NCBI GenBank assembly: GCA_045863395.1
Contig: BTVJ01000025.1
Coordinates: forward strand, 31,448 to 95,447
Direction of reading: 5' to 3'
Source of the DNA: Myxococcales bacterium
Lineage (GTDB): Bacteria > Myxococcota_A > UBA9042 > JABWCM01 > BTVJ01
DNA length: 64,000 nucleotides
Shown: piece after piece, positions 29,613 through 39,782 of the stretch
How positions within the stretch are numbered: position 1 is the first letter of the stretch
Layout of the letters: each line of letters opens with the position of its first letter
The notes under the pieces: generated by a model
What the model saw: only the letters and a program-made list of their open reading frames with translations
Told to the model about the DNA's origin: nothing
Database searches by the model: none
Translations under genes and position numbers: made by a program

Positions 29613-30761
29613 CTACCGCGGGGACGGCACCAGCGCGGCGCGGGCAGCCAGCACGGTGCGCTCGGCCGTGTCGGCGTCGGAGCCGAACGCGACGAGGTGC
29701 CCCATCTTGCGACCGCGGTGCGGGCGCGCCTTGCCGTAGAGGTGGAGCTTGATCTCCGGGTGGCGGCAGGCGGCCGCCCAGTCGGGGGTGCCCGTGTCCC
29801 AGAGCTCGCCGAGCAGGTTCGCCATGGCGGCGGGGCGCAGGAGCTCCATGGAGCCGAGGGGGAGGCCGCAGATCGCCCGGAGCTGCTGCTCGAACTGGCT
29901 CGACACGCAGGCGTCGAAGGTCAGGTGGCCCGAGTTGTGGGGGCGGGGGGCCAGCTCGTTGACCAGCAGCTCCCCGCCCCGGGTCAGGAACAGCTCGATG
30001 CACAGCACGCCCACGACATCGAGGGTCTCCAGCACGCCGCGCGCGATCTGGAGCGCCCGGCGCCGCACCGAATCGGGCACTCGCGCCGGCGCCACCGACA
30101 CGTCCAGGATGTGGCGCTGGTGGTGGTTCTCGATGAGGCCGTAGTCCGCGTAGCTGCCATCGAGGCTGCGGGCCGCGACGACGCTGAGCTCCAGCTCGAA
30201 GTCGACCAGCGCCTCGAGCACCATCTGCTGCTCGCCGTGCGCCTGCCAGGCGCCGAGCACGGCCTCCTTGGACGACACCCGCGCCTGGCCCTTGCCGTCA
30301 TAGCCCCACGCGGCCGTCTTGAGCACGGCGGGGAAGCCGACCGCCGCGCACGCCGGGTCGACGTCCTCCTCGGTGGCGATCACCGCCCACCGCGTGACGG
30401 GGAACCCGTTGTCTGCCAGGAAGCGCTTCTCCCGCGCGCGGTTCTGCGTCGTGTTCAGCACGACCCCCGCCGGGCGGACGGGGGCGTGGCGCGCGCACTC
30501 CTCCGCGGTGGCGGCGGGCACGTTCTCGAACTCGAAGGTCACCACCTGCACCTTCCTGGCGAACTCGGCGACGGCGTCCAGGTCGTCGTAGGCCGCGCGC
30601 ACCTCCACGTCGGAGACCTGGCCCGTGGGCGTGTCCAGGTCCGGTGACAGGGTGTGGACGCGGTAGCCCATGCGGCGGGCCGCGATGGCGAACATGCGGC
30701 CGAGCTGCCCGCCGCCGAGCACGCCGATGGCGCCCCCCGGCTCGATAATCGGGGTGCTCAT
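29613..30761 (-). CDS. purK: N5-carboxyaminoimidazole ribonucleotide synthase
   Basis: [38 protein letters not shown] and HLYGK..RKMGH. Confidence 0.96.
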   Translation of the reverse strand: MSTPIIEPGGAIGVLGGGQLGRMFAIAARRMGYRVHTLSPDLDTPTGQVSDVEVRAAYDDLDAVAEFARKVQVVTFEFENVPAATAEECARHAPVRPAGVVLNTTQNRAREKRFLADNGFPVTRWAVIATEEDVDPACAAVGFPAVLKTAAWGYDGKGQARVSSKEAVLGAWQAHGEQQMVLEALVDFELELSVVAARSLDGSYADYGLIENHHQRHILDVSVAPARVPDSVRRRALQIARGVLETLDVVGVLCIELFLTRGGELLVNELAPRPHNSGHLTFDACVSSQFEQQLRAICGLPLGSMELLRPAAMANLLGELWDTGTPDWAAACRHPEIKLHLYGKARPHRGRKMGHLVAFGSDADTAERTVLAARAALVPSPR

Positions 30762-31249
30762 GGGAGCGCCTCGTCGAGGACCTTCCGCTCTTGCTCGGCG
30801 CGGAAGGCGCGCAGCGCGTCGCGGAGCTCCGGGCGGCTCGTGCCGAGGATGGCGACGGCGAGGAGCCCCGCATTGACGGCGCCCGCCTCGCCGATGGCGA
30901 GGGTGCCGACGGGGACCCCGCGGGGCATCTGGACGATGGAGTAGAGCGAGTCCACCCCTCGGAGCGCCCGGCTCTCCACCGGAACGCCGAGCACCGGGAG
31001 GACGGTGCTCGCCGCGACCATCCCGGGCAGGTGGGCGGCGCCGCCCGCCCCGGCGATGATCACCTCGATGCCGCGGGACTCCGCCTCGGCGGCGAAGGAC
31101 TGCATGAGCGCGGGCGTGCGGTGGGCGGAGACGACGCGGCGCTCGTGGGGTACGCCGAACCGCTCCAGGATGGCCACGGCGTGCTCCATGGTGGGCCAAT
31201 CGGACCGGCTCCCCATGATCACCGCCACCAGCGGTCGGTCGCTGCTCAT
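30758..31249 (-). CDS. purE: N5-CAIR mutase
   Basis: [26 protein letters not shown] and [11 protein letters not shown]. Confidence 0.97.
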   Translation of the reverse strand: MSSDRPLVAVIMGSRSDWPTMEHAVAILERFGVPHERRVVSAHRTPALMQSFAAEAESRGIEVIIAGAGGAAHLPGMVAASTVLPVLGVPVESRALRGVDSLYSIVQMPRGVPVGTLAIGEAGAVNAGLLAVAILGTSRPELRDALRAFRAEQERKVLDEALP

Positions 31250-31377
31250 GACACCCTCCGAGGACGAGGACCTGGGCAGGTCATAGCACGCGCCGCCCCG
31301 CGGGACAACGCCTCGGATGTCGCCGCGGGCGTGTGCTTTTGCCTTGCAAATTCAGACAAAGAAGATACCAATTGCGC

Positions 31378-31878
31378 ATGCTTGTGAAGACAACCGAGCT
31401 GGCGCTTCGAGCGCTGACCGTCCTGGCCTTGGAGGGCGACGGCACCCCGGCGACTCCCAAGCAGCTCGCCGACCGCCTCGAGTGCTCCGTCTCCTACCTC
31501 AGCAAGACCCTCGGGATGCTGGTCAAGGCCGGCATCCTGGAGTCCATGCGCGGGGCCTACGGCGGGGTCCTGCTGCGGCGCCCCGCGACCGAGATCACGC
31601 TGCTCGACGTCTTCGTCGCCTGCCAGGGCGTCCTCGCGACGGACCACTGCGCCGGGACCGCGCCCCGTGACCGGCAGTGCGCCTTCCACGTCGCCATGCA
31701 GGACGTGTACGACCAGACCATGGCTGCGTTGCAGAGCTGGACCCTCGCGGATCTGAAGGCCCGGCCCGTGCGCTGCCGGGACACGGCGGCAGGGGTGAAG
31801 TGCAAGATGTCGTTCACGGGCTGTGAGCACCACGACGACTGGTGCCCGGCGAAGCAGACCGCCGTGATCGACGCCTGA
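31378..31878 (+). CDS. Rrf2-family transcriptional regulator with a Cys-rich C-terminal extension
   Basis: SYLSKTLGMLVKAGILESMRGAYGGVLLRRPATEITLLDV and TLADL motifs. Confidence 0.88.
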   Translation: MLVKTTELALRALTVLALEGDGTPATPKQLADRLECSVSYLSKTLGMLVKAGILESMRGAYGGVLLRRPATEITLLDVFVACQGVLATDHCAGTAPRDRQCAFHVAMQDVYDQTMAALQSWTLADLKARPVRCRDTAAGVKCKMSFTGCEHHDDWCPAKQTAVIDA

Positions 31879-31941
31879 GCGGCGGCCTCCAGGAACGTCG
31901 AGGGCTCACTGTCGCACTGGCGCGCTCCGCGGAGGTGTCCG

Positions 31942-34515
31942 CTACCTGGTGGGCCGCTCCAGGGACACCGTGACGATCTCCCGGTCGTCGCAGGGTCGCG
32001 ACATGAGGATCTCAGCCTGACCGCTGTCCATGGGCAGAGCGACCATCTTCCCGAGCCAGGGGTGATCCGGCTTCTTGCCGAGGGCGGCCTTGTAGAGCTC
32101 GCGGGCCTCGGCCAGGCGACCCGCCCTATGGCGCACCCGACCCAGCTCGCACCGCGTCTGCCACAGGGCGTAGTCTCCGCCGATCGCAGCGCCGAACGTC
32201 TCCTGCGCGCCCGCCACGTCTCCCTGCGCGAGCTGCATCATGCCCAGGTTGTGGGCCGCCCGGCTGTCGGTGGGCGCGAGCTCCAGCGCCCCCCGGTAGA
32301 GCACCTCCGCGCCTCTTGGGTCCCGGAGGTGGTACAGGACGTTCCCCAGCGCCACCTTGGCATCGGCCGCGCCGGGTACCAGCTCCAGGTAGCGCTCCAG
32401 GTGCTTCCTCGCGTCGGCGAACCGGTGCTCCCGGTAGTGGACGTCGCCGAGGACCAGGTAGAGGATCGCGAAGTCCGGGTCGGCGACCAGGCGCTCTTGG
32501 AGTAGCGCCAGCGCCTGCTTGAGCTGCCCGCGCTTCTCCATGAGGTCGACGATGCGCAGGAGGGCCTCCTCCGCGAGCCCCCGGTCGGCCGCCGCCGCCT
32601 TGTACGCCTCGATGGCCTTCGCCGGGTCCCGGAGGCGCTCGTAGGTGCGCCCCAACACGAGTGACGCCGCGGGAAAGTCGCGCCGGAGCTCGATGGCGCG
32701 GAGGAGGATGGGGAGCGCCCCGTCGTGCTCGCCCTTGGCGAAGAGCGCCTCCGCCAGCGCGAGGAGGAAGTCGGGGTCGTCCCCCTTGCGGTCGAGGACG
32801 TGGCGCATGGCGTCCACGGCCCCTGCTGCGTCGCCGGCCTGCATCTGTACGTGGCCGAGGAGCACGTAGGCGTCCGCGAGGCCGCGATCCAGGCGGACGG
32901 CATCCTCGAGGACCCGCCGCGCGTCCGCCCAGCTCCCGGTCGCGATCATGGTCCGCGCGACTCCCAACGCCAGGAGCGCGTCGCCGGGGACCTTGGCCCG
33001 CGCCGTCTCGAGGATCTCCCGCGCCGCCACGGGCTTGCCCGCCTCCATGAGGGCGGCGGCCTCCTTCTCGGCGCGCAGGGCGATGGCGTCACGGGTGGGC
33101 GGCTCAGGCGGAGCCGGCCTGGGCTTCGGCACGACCGGCGCCGGCGACGGCTCGAGGCCGGCCGCGGGCGGGCGCACTGGCTCCGCGGGCGGGGGAGCAG
33201 GTTCGTTCGGCAGCTCCTCCTCCGGCTCCGCGATGACCGCCTCCCGGGTCGCCTCGGCGTTGGACATCACGGAGGTCGTGACGACCACGCCGATGGCGAC
33301 GAGCGCCACGATCAGGAGCCCGACGACGACCCACACGAGGCGGCTGGTGCCGTCGGCGACGCGCTCGAACTCGGCCCCGACGGCCCGGCGCGCGGGCGTG
33401 TCCGTCAAGGCCGGGACCATCTCCTCCGTCACGGGCAGCTCGTCGGCGTCCGGTGAGTCCCCCTGGTCGCCACCGAGCCACACGGCGGGATCGAGCGGCG
33501 CGTCCGGCTCGCGCTTGGGCGCCACACCGACCACGGTGGGCGCATCCACGGCCACGGGCTCGTCGAGCAGGTCGTTGAGCGGCGCAGAGCGCTGGAGGAC
33601 CACGGTCCGCGCCTCCCCGTCCGGATCGGGTGCGAGGTTCGAGACCGTCTCCCGCGGCGCGCCAGGCGTGGCCTGGAGGGACGGCGTGGCAAGCGCTGCC
33701 TCCCGCGGCGCACCACCAGCGACCAGAAAGAAGAAGGAGAGCTCCTCGAAGGTGTGCCGCAGGCCCGAGCCGACGTCGTCCAGCCCCGCGCTCTGCAGGA
33801 GGGTCCGGAGGTGCGCCAGCACCTGCTGGGTGCTCTGCAGCTCGGCGTGAGCAGTCCTGGACGCCACACGCAGGATCTCGCGGTAGCCCTCGGGGAGCCC
33901 CAGCCCCTCCACGTCCTGTTCGAGCTGCTCGGGGTCCTTCTGCCCAAACGACGCGCCGACGACCAGATCGTGGGCGAGCCGCCCGATGGCGCGCAGGTCC
34001 TCCCGCGGGGTGACGAGGCGAGCCTCGCCCTTGTCCAGAGACCCGTCGGTCAACCGCGACAGCCCGAACCCCCGCACCTTCACGCGCCCGTCCTGCGCCA
34101 GGAGGACGCTCCCGGCGGACAGGCCCCCGTGGATCACCCCCTGACGGATGGCGTAGGAGACCGCCGCCGTGACCTCGTGCAGCACCATGGCGGCGCTGGT
34201 CCAGAGCAGCTTCACGTTCATGTCGAGGAGGCTGGCGAGGGTCACCCCACCGATGTCCTCCTCGACGATCCACGCGGGCCCCTCCCGGCCATCCGCGAAG
34301 GCCCGGACGGCCAGCACGTTGGGGTGCGCGAGGAGCTGCGCGCGGGTCAGGGTCTCCCGGAGGATGGCGGCGGCAGCCGGGGTGTGGTGCCGCTCGTGCA
34401 GGACTCGCAGCAGGCCGGTCTGGCCACCGGGTCCCTTGACGAGGTGAACGGTTCCCAGGGCGTCCGTCCCCCGGTCCTCCGTGATTGTCCAGCCCCCGAA
34501 GACCCGATCGGCCAT
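31942..34515 (-). CDS. Ser/Thr pseudokinase with a TM helix and extracytoplasmic TPR array
   Basis: Kinase-fold remnants (LAHPNVL, HGGLSAGSVLL, VKVRGFGLS), TM segment LVWVVVGLLIVALVAIGVVV, many TPRs. Confidence 0.78.
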   Translation of the reverse strand: MADRVFGGWTITEDRGTDALGTVHLVKGPGGQTGLLRVLHERHHTPAAAAILRETLTRAQLLAHPNVLAVRAFADGREGPAWIVEEDIGGVTLASLLDMNVKLLWTSAAMVLHEVTAAVSYAIRQGVIHGGLSAGSVLLAQDGRVKVRGFGLSRLTDGSLDKGEARLVTPREDLRAIGRLAHDLVVGASFGQKDPEQLEQDVEGLGLPEGYREILRVASRTAHAELQSTQQVLAHLRTLLQSAGLDDVGSGLRHTFEELSFFFLVAGGAPREAALATPSLQATPGAPRETVSNLAPDPDGEARTVVLQRSAPLNDLLDEPVAVDAPTVVGVAPKREPDAPLDPAVWLGGDQGDSPDADELPVTEEMVPALTDTPARRAVGAEFERVADGTSRLVWVVVGLLIVALVAIGVVVTTSVMSNAEATREAVIAEPEEELPNEPAPPPAEPVRPPAAGLEPSPAPVVPKPRPAPPEPPTRDAIALRAEKEAAALMEAGKPVAAREILETARAKVPGDALLALGVARTMIATGSWADARRVLEDAVRLDRGLADAYVLLGHVQMQAGDAAGAVDAMRHVLDRKGDDPDFLLALAEALFAKGEHDGALPILLRAIELRRDFPAASLVLGRTYERLRDPAKAIEAYKAAAADRGLAEEALLRIVDLMEKRGQLKQALALLQERLVADPDFAILYLVLGDVHYREHRFADARKHLERYLELVPGAADAKVALGNVLYHLRDPRGAEVLYRGALELAPTDSRAAHNLGMMQLAQGDVAGAQETFGAAIGGDYALWQTRCELGRVRHRAGRLAEARELYKAALGKKPDHPWLGKMVALPMDSGQAEILMSRPCDDREIVTVSLERPTR

Positions 34516-34610
34516 CCCAGCTCCACCTGCACGTCAGTGAACGACAGCAGAGGAAGGTAGCACCGCAACCAGGCCGTGTCACGCCGCCGCCGGCTCGCCC
34601 CATCGGGCGT

Positions 34611-35636
34611 TCAGAGCAGCGACCCCTGCCCCCCCTCGACGACGGCCACCCCCAGGTGACGGTACGCGGCGGGAGTGGCGACTCGCCCCCGGGGAGTGCG
34701 CTGCACGAAGCCCTCCTGGATGAGGAAGGGCTCGCACACGTCCTCCAGGGTGTCGCGCTCCTCGGCGACGGCCGCAGCCAAGGTCTCGATGCCGACGGGG
34801 CCACCACCGAACTTCTCGATGAGGGCAACCAGATACTTCCGGTCGAGGGGGTCGAGCCCCTTCTGGTCCACCTCCAGGCGCCCGAGCCCGTAGTCGGCGA
34901 TGTCCCTGGTGATGCGCCCGTCGCCCTTGACCTCGGCGAAGTCACGGACCCGCCGGAGCAGGCGGTTGGCGATGCGCGGCGTCCCGCGGGAGCGGCGCGC
35001 CATCTCCAGCGCGGCGTCCTCCTCGATGGCAATGTCCATGAGGGAGGCCGACCGCCGCACGATGGTCTGCAGCTCGGCGTGCGTATAGAAGTGAAGGCGC
35101 AGGATGGCGCCGAACCGATCCCGGAGCGGCGACGTGAGCAGGCCGGATCGCGTCGTGGCGCCCACCAGCGTGAACCGGGGCAACGGCAGCTTCATGCTGC
35201 GCGCGTGGGGCCCCTGGCCGATGACGATGTCGAACTGGAAGTCCTCCATGGCCGGGTAGAGGTTCTCTTCGATGGCCGGGTTCAGGCGGTGGATCTCGTC
35301 GATGAAGAGCACGTCCCGCTCGCGCAGGTTGCTCAGGATGCCCGCGAGGTCGCCCTTGCGCTCGATGGCGGGGCCGCTGGTCACGTGGATGCCCACGCCG
35401 AGTTCGTTGGCGATGATGTGCGCCAGCGTGGTCTTGCCGAGGCCCGGAGGCCCGCAGAACAGCATGTGGTCGAGCGCCTCGCCGCGGCGGAGCGCGGCGG
35501 TCACGAAGACCCGCAGGTTCTCCTTGTGGTGGCCCTGGCCGACGTAGTCCTCGAAGGTGCGCGGGCGCAGGAGCCCGTCCTGGCCGCCGTCGTCCGGCTG
35601 GGGCCGGGGGTCCACCTCGCGCTGGTCCTGTGCCAT
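34611..35636 (-). CDS. ruvB: Holliday junction branch migration helicase
   Basis: [31 protein letters not shown] and [19 protein letters not shown]. Confidence 0.98.
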   Translation of the reverse strand: MAQDQREVDPRPQPDDGGQDGLLRPRTFEDYVGQGHHKENLRVFVTAALRRGEALDHMLFCGPPGLGKTTLAHIIANELGVGIHVTSGPAIERKGDLAGILSNLRERDVLFIDEIHRLNPAIEENLYPAMEDFQFDIVIGQGPHARSMKLPLPRFTLVGATTRSGLLTSPLRDRFGAILRLHFYTHAELQTIVRRSASLMDIAIEEDAALEMARRSRGTPRIANRLLRRVRDFAEVKGDGRITRDIADYGLGRLEVDQKGLDPLDRKYLVALIEKFGGGPVGIETLAAAVAEERDTLEDVCEPFLIQEGFVQRTPRGRVATPAAYRHLGVAVVEGGQGSLL

Positions 35637-35640
35637 CGCC

Positions 35641-36228
35641 TCACCCCATCATGCGGAGGGCATCGCGCAGCAGCTCCTGGAACGGGCGCGCCTCGCCCTG
35701 CCCTTGCAGCGCCTCGACGGCCTTCTCGACCGCGGTCGCCTTGTAGCCCAGGTTGATCAGCGCGGAGCGCAGGTCGTCCCAGACACCGCCTCGAGCCGCC
35801 GGCCGAGCCGGTGCCGGCAGCGCCGACGCGGGCGTCTTGCCGCGCAGCTCCAGCAGCATGCGCTCGGCCAGCTTCTTCCCCACGCCGGGCACCTTCTGGA
35901 GCTGCCTCAGGTCCTCGCGGACGACGCAGTCTACCAGCTCCGCGACGCCGATGCCGCCGAGGATCCCGATGGCCAGCTTGGGGCCGATGCCGGTGACCCC
36001 GAGCAGAAGCAGGAACATCTCCCGCTCCGCCGCATCCAGGAAGCCATACAGCAGCATGGCGTCCTCGCGGACGTGCATGTGCGTCAGCACGGTGACCTCG
36101 CCGGTGGCCGCGGCGAGGCGCCCGAGGGTGCCGGCCGGGGCGATGACCCGATAGCCGACGCCGCCCACGTCGATGTCCGCGTGCTCGTCCTCGACGGCGG
36201 CGACTCGGCCGCGCAGGAACGCGATCAT
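35641..36228 (-). CDS. ruvA: Holliday junction DNA-binding protein
   Basis: [32 protein letters not shown] and [11 protein letters not shown]. Confidence 0.97.
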   Translation of the reverse strand: MIAFLRGRVAAVEDEHADIDVGGVGYRVIAPAGTLGRLAAATGEVTVLTHMHVREDAMLLYGFLDAAEREMFLLLLGVTGIGPKLAIGILGGIGVAELVDCVVREDLRQLQKVPGVGKKLAERMLLELRGKTPASALPAPARPAARGGVWDDLRSALINLGYKATAVEKAVEALQGQGEARPFQELLRDALRMMG

Positions 36229-36779
36229 GGCGCCTCCGCGGGTCGACCGGACCCGATGCAGTGCTCACGCGAGGCGATTGCCGCGGGCCCACCGGCGCGC
36301 TGGCAGTGACAGATGGCGACGGCCAGCGCGTCGGAGGCGTCCGCCTGGGCCACCTGGGGGAGGCCGAGGATGATGCGAATCATGGCTTGGATCTGGGACT
36401 TCTCGGCCCGCCCGTGCCCGACCACGGACAGCTTCACCTCGGCGGGCGCATACTCGAAGACAGGCAGACCTGCCCGCGACGCCGCCACGAGGGCCGCCCC
36501 CCGCGCCTGACCGAGCTTCATGGCGCTGCCGACGTTGCGCGCGACGAACACCCCCTCGACGGCGACGACGGAGGGCGCATACCGCGCGATGAGCGCCGAG
36601 ACTCCATCGTGGATGGCCAGCAGCCGGTCGCAGAGGGGGGCGTCCGCGTCGAGCACCAGGACCCCGTTGTCCACGTGGCGGACGGCACTCGCCGCGTGCT
36701 CCACGACGCCCCAGCCAGCCAGGCGGCTCCCCGGATCGATCCCCAGGACGCGCTGGCTCACTGGGCTCACTGGGCTCAC
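36225..36779 (-). CDS. ruvC: Holliday junction resolvase
   Basis: VLGIDPGS, VAVEGVF, LGQARG, EYAPAEVK and DASDALAVAICH. GTG start overlaps the yebC stop; alternatives are 36770 and 36761. Confidence 0.95.
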   Translation of the reverse strand: MSPVSPVSQRVLGIDPGSRLAGWGVVEHAASAVRHVDNGVLVLDADAPLCDRLLAIHDGVSALIARYAPSVVAVEGVFVARNVGSAMKLGQARGAALVAASRAGLPVFEYAPAEVKLSVVGHGRAEKSQIQAMIRIILGLPQVAQADASDALAVAICHCQRAGGPAAIASREHCIGSGRPAEAP

Positions 36780-36781
36780 TG
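36755..36781. repeat. Three copies of a 9-bp tandem repeat (GGCTCACTG) at the yebC/ruvC junction
   Basis: GGCTCACTG-GGCTCACTG-GGCTCACTG read directly. Confidence 0.9.
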
Positions 36782-37531
36782 GTCGAGGCGGGCGAGCTCG
36801 TCCTCGTCGATGTCGAAGTTCGCCCAGACGGTCGTCACGTCGTCGAGGTCCTCGAGGAGGTCGACGAGGCGGAGCGCCTGCTCGGCGCTCTTGCCCGCGA
36901 GCTGCACCGTCGTGGTCGGGACGCGCACGGGCTTCGCCGAGATCACCTTGAAGCCGGCGGCCTCCACGGCGCTGCGCACGACGTCGAGCTCGGCGAAGGG
37001 CGTGGTCACCTCGAAAGTGCCCTCCTCTTCGCCGGCCTCCAGCTCCTCGGCGCCGGCGTCGAGGACCGTCATCATGAGCTCGTCCTCGGTGGTGCCCTCG
37101 CCGCTCACCGTGACGAGGCCCTTCTGGTCGAACATCCAGCCCACCGCTCCCAGCTCCGCCATCTTTCCGCCGTTCTTGTTGAAGACGGTGCGGATGTCCG
37201 TCAGGGAGCGGTTGCGGTTGTCGGTGGTCACGTCCACGAGCAGTGCGCACCCGTCGGGACCGTAGCCCTCGTAGGTGACGTCCTCGTAGCTGACCCCCGC
37301 CAGCTCTCCGGTGCCCTTCTTGATGCCGCGCTGGATGTTGTCACCGGGCATGTTCGCCGCTCGGGCCGCGTCGATCGCTGCCCGCAGCCGCGGGTTTCCG
37401 CCAGGATCGCCGCCGCCCATGCGCGCCGCGACGGTGATCTCGCGGATGAGCTTCGTAAAGACGCGGCCACGCGCGGCGTCGGCCTTGCCCTTCTTGTGCT
37501 TGATGGTGCTCCACTTGCTATGACCCGACAT
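36776..37531 (-). CDS. yebC: YebC/PmpR family protein
   Basis: MSGHSKWSTIKHKKG, YEGYGP, TDNRNR and LEDLDDV. Confidence 0.97.
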   Translation of the reverse strand: MSGHSKWSTIKHKKGKADAARGRVFTKLIREITVAARMGGGDPGGNPRLRAAIDAARAANMPGDNIQRGIKKGTGELAGVSYEDVTYEGYGPDGCALLVDVTTDNRNRSLTDIRTVFNKNGGKMAELGAVGWMFDQKGLVTVSGEGTTEDELMMTVLDAGAEELEAGEEEGTFEVTTPFAELDVVRSAVEAAGFKVISAKPVRVPTTTVQLAGKSAEQALRLVDLLEDLDDVTTVWANFDIDEDELARLDQ

Positions 37532-37781
37532 CGCGCAACGTCCTCCTTCGGGGGCTCGGGACACACCCCACCGGGGGCGTCCTCGCGAGACCGCGGGGAA
37601 GTAGCACGGCCCCCGGGGAGCGTTCAAGGGAATTCTGAGCAGGGGCCGGACCTTCCAGCGAGGCGCCGCGGGCCCAGAGCCAGCTTGCGCACGGTCGCGC
37701 CGGCCGCTAGCATTCGGCCGGCACTTGAGCCCGGCACCGCGTGCGCCACGCTTCCGTTCCATTGAGGTGAGGGGAGGTCGA

Positions 37782-38438
37782 ATGGTCGAGACCCTGCGGG
37801 AGTTCTTCGACGTCATCGGGGTCGAGTGGGTCCTATGGTTGCTCCTGGCCCTTTCCGTGATCAGCATCGGCGTGATGATCGAGCGAGCGGTGTTCTTCGC
37901 CGTCAACTCGGCGGACGTGCATCACGTGGCCGAGATCCTGCGCAAGACGATGATCGACGGCGACGACCGGCCCGGCGCCATCCGCCAGCTCAAGGCGCTC
38001 AAGGGGCTGGAGGCCGCAGTGCTCCTCGACGGCATCGAGCACCTCCAGAAAGGCCCGGAGGCGGTCGAGGAGCTTGTGGACGCCGCGGTTGCTCGCGAGC
38101 GGGTCCGCTACGAGCGCTACCTGCCCTTCCTCGGCACGCTCGGGAACAACGCGCCCTTCATCGGGCTGTTCGGGACAGTCCTCGGCATCATCAGCGCCTT
38201 CGGTGATCTCTCGGGCAGCGTCAGCGGCGACGCGGCGCGCAAGTCGGCGCTGATGGGCAGCATCGCGGAGGCCCTCGTCGCGACGGCAGTCGGCCTCCTC
38301 GTCGCCATCCCCGCCGTGATCGCGTTCAACCAGTTCAAGGGCAAGATCAAGGAGCGGTCGTCTCACACCGAGGCCCTGAGCCGCATGCTGCTGGCCCACC
38401 TGAAGGACGAGGAGCGCCCGCGCGGGCGCGCGGCCTGA
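37782..38438 (+). CDS. MotA/TolQ/ExbB proton channel protein
   Basis: LGTLGNNAPFIGLFGTVLGII and IAEALVATAVGLLVAIPAV. Confidence 0.93.
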   Translation: MVETLREFFDVIGVEWVLWLLLALSVISIGVMIERAVFFAVNSADVHHVAEILRKTMIDGDDRPGAIRQLKALKGLEAAVLLDGIEHLQKGPEAVEELVDAAVARERVRYERYLPFLGTLGNNAPFIGLFGTVLGIISAFGDLSGSVSGDAARKSALMGSIAEALVATAVGLLVAIPAVIAFNQFKGKIKERSSHTEALSRMLLAHLKDEERPRGRAA

Positions 38439-38457
38439 GCCTCCGAGGGGTTGTGAC

Positions 38458-38895
38458 ATGGCAGGCGGCGCCAACCTGGACGACGAAGAGGGCATCACCG
38501 GGATCAACATCGTCCCCCTGGTGGACATCGTCCTCGTGCTCCTGATCATCTTCATGGTGACGGCCGAGTTCCTCCGGGAGGAGCCCGAGGAGCCGCCGCC
38601 CGGCATCGAGGTGGAGCTCCCGAGCGCGGCGACGGGTGAGTCGCCTCCCAACAAGTCGTTGCTTGCGCTCGTGATCAACAAGAAGGGCGACCTCTTCCTC
38701 AACGGGAAGCCCACGGATGAGGGCGCCATCCAGGCGTTCATCCGCTCTGCGGACAAGCCGCCGAAGGAGCTTGAGGCTTTCATCGCCGCCGACAAGGGAA
38801 CGAGCCACGGGGCGGTCGTGGAGGTCATCGACTTCCTCCGCCTTCAGGGGGTCGAGCGCTTCGCGATCAACACCAAGTCGCAGACCATCGAGTAG
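38458..38895 (+). CDS. ExbD/TolR family protein
   Basis: INIVPLVDIVLVLLIIFMVT, VELPSA and ADK..HGAVVEVID. Confidence 0.93.
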   Translation: MAGGANLDDEEGITGINIVPLVDIVLVLLIIFMVTAEFLREEPEEPPPGIEVELPSAATGESPPNKSLLALVINKKGDLFLNGKPTDEGAIQAFIRSADKPPKELEAFIAADKGTSHGAVVEVIDFLRLQGVERFAINTKSQTIE

Positions 38896-38903
38896 GGGGC
38901 GCG

Positions 38904-39782
38904 GTGCAGCAGGGCGAGCGCGGCAGGCGGTGGGCGCAACTGGGAGGGGCCGTCGGGCTCTCCCTCATCGTCCACGCGGCCTTCGGGCTCACCCTGAGCG
39001 TCGTGAGCCCCCCGGCCCCACCTCCCGAAGAGAAGCCCGAGCCCGACCGCTACGTGCGCATGAACCTCCGGAGTGACGAGGTGCGGCTGCCGAAGCCGCC
39101 CAAGCCGCAGGAGGAGGAGGCGCCACCCGAGCCTCCACCGGAGCCCGAGCCTGTCCCACCGCCCGAGCCGCCGCCCGAGCCGCCGCCCGAGCCTCCACCC
39201 GAGCCTCCACCCGAGCCGCCCAAGCCCAAGCCGCGGCCGAAGAAGGTGGACGCGACTCCGCCGCAGGGCGAGCAGAAGGAGCCGCCGAAGGCCGACACGC
39301 CGGCCGAGCCTGCGCCCCTCGTGGTGTCCAACGTGACGCTTGGGGGAGGCGTCAAGGTGCAGAAGGGGGAGTCGGACGTGTTCGGTGACCCCGGGGTAGG
39401 GGCGACCCCGAGCAACGTGCAGCCAAGGAAGCCCCGGGCGGCGCAGGAGGGGACACCGGAGGGGACGGGGCCTGCCGGACCGCCAACGGTGGCGGCGGCG
39501 CCTCCCAAGGTGGTCCCTCCGAGGCCCCGCATTCGCGTCAAGGGCAAGTACCCGGAGGACGCCCCCATCCTCGGCCGACCCGTGGATGTCAAGCTGGCGC
39601 TGCGCATCGACGAGAATGGGAAGGTCACGAGCGTGGAGGTGGTCGCGGGTGGGGGCGCGCTCTTCGACGAGGCGGCGCGAGCGACCGCCCGGAAGCTCGT
39701 GTTCTACCCGGCGACGCGGGACGGCGTCGCCATCGCCTACCCCTACCCGGTGCCCTGGACCGTCACGTTCGCGCCGCCCTGA
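38904..39782 (+). CDS. TonB-family energy transducer
   Basis: TM segment SLIVH, Pro-Glu repeats, C-terminal YPEDA..V.LALRIDENGKV..FDEAA..FYPA domain. Confidence 0.88.
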   Translation: MQQGERGRRWAQLGGAVGLSLIVHAAFGLTLSVVSPPAPPPEEKPEPDRYVRMNLRSDEVRLPKPPKPQEEEAPPEPPPEPEPVPPPEPPPEPPPEPPPEPPPEPPKPKPRPKKVDATPPQGEQKEPPKADTPAEPAPLVVSNVTLGGGVKVQKGESDVFGDPGVGATPSNVQPRKPRAAQEGTPEGTGPAGPPTVAAAPPKVVPPRPRIRVKGKYPEDAPILGRPVDVKLALRIDENGKVTSVEVVAGGGALFDEAARATARKLVFYPATRDGVAIAYPYPVPWTVTFAPP

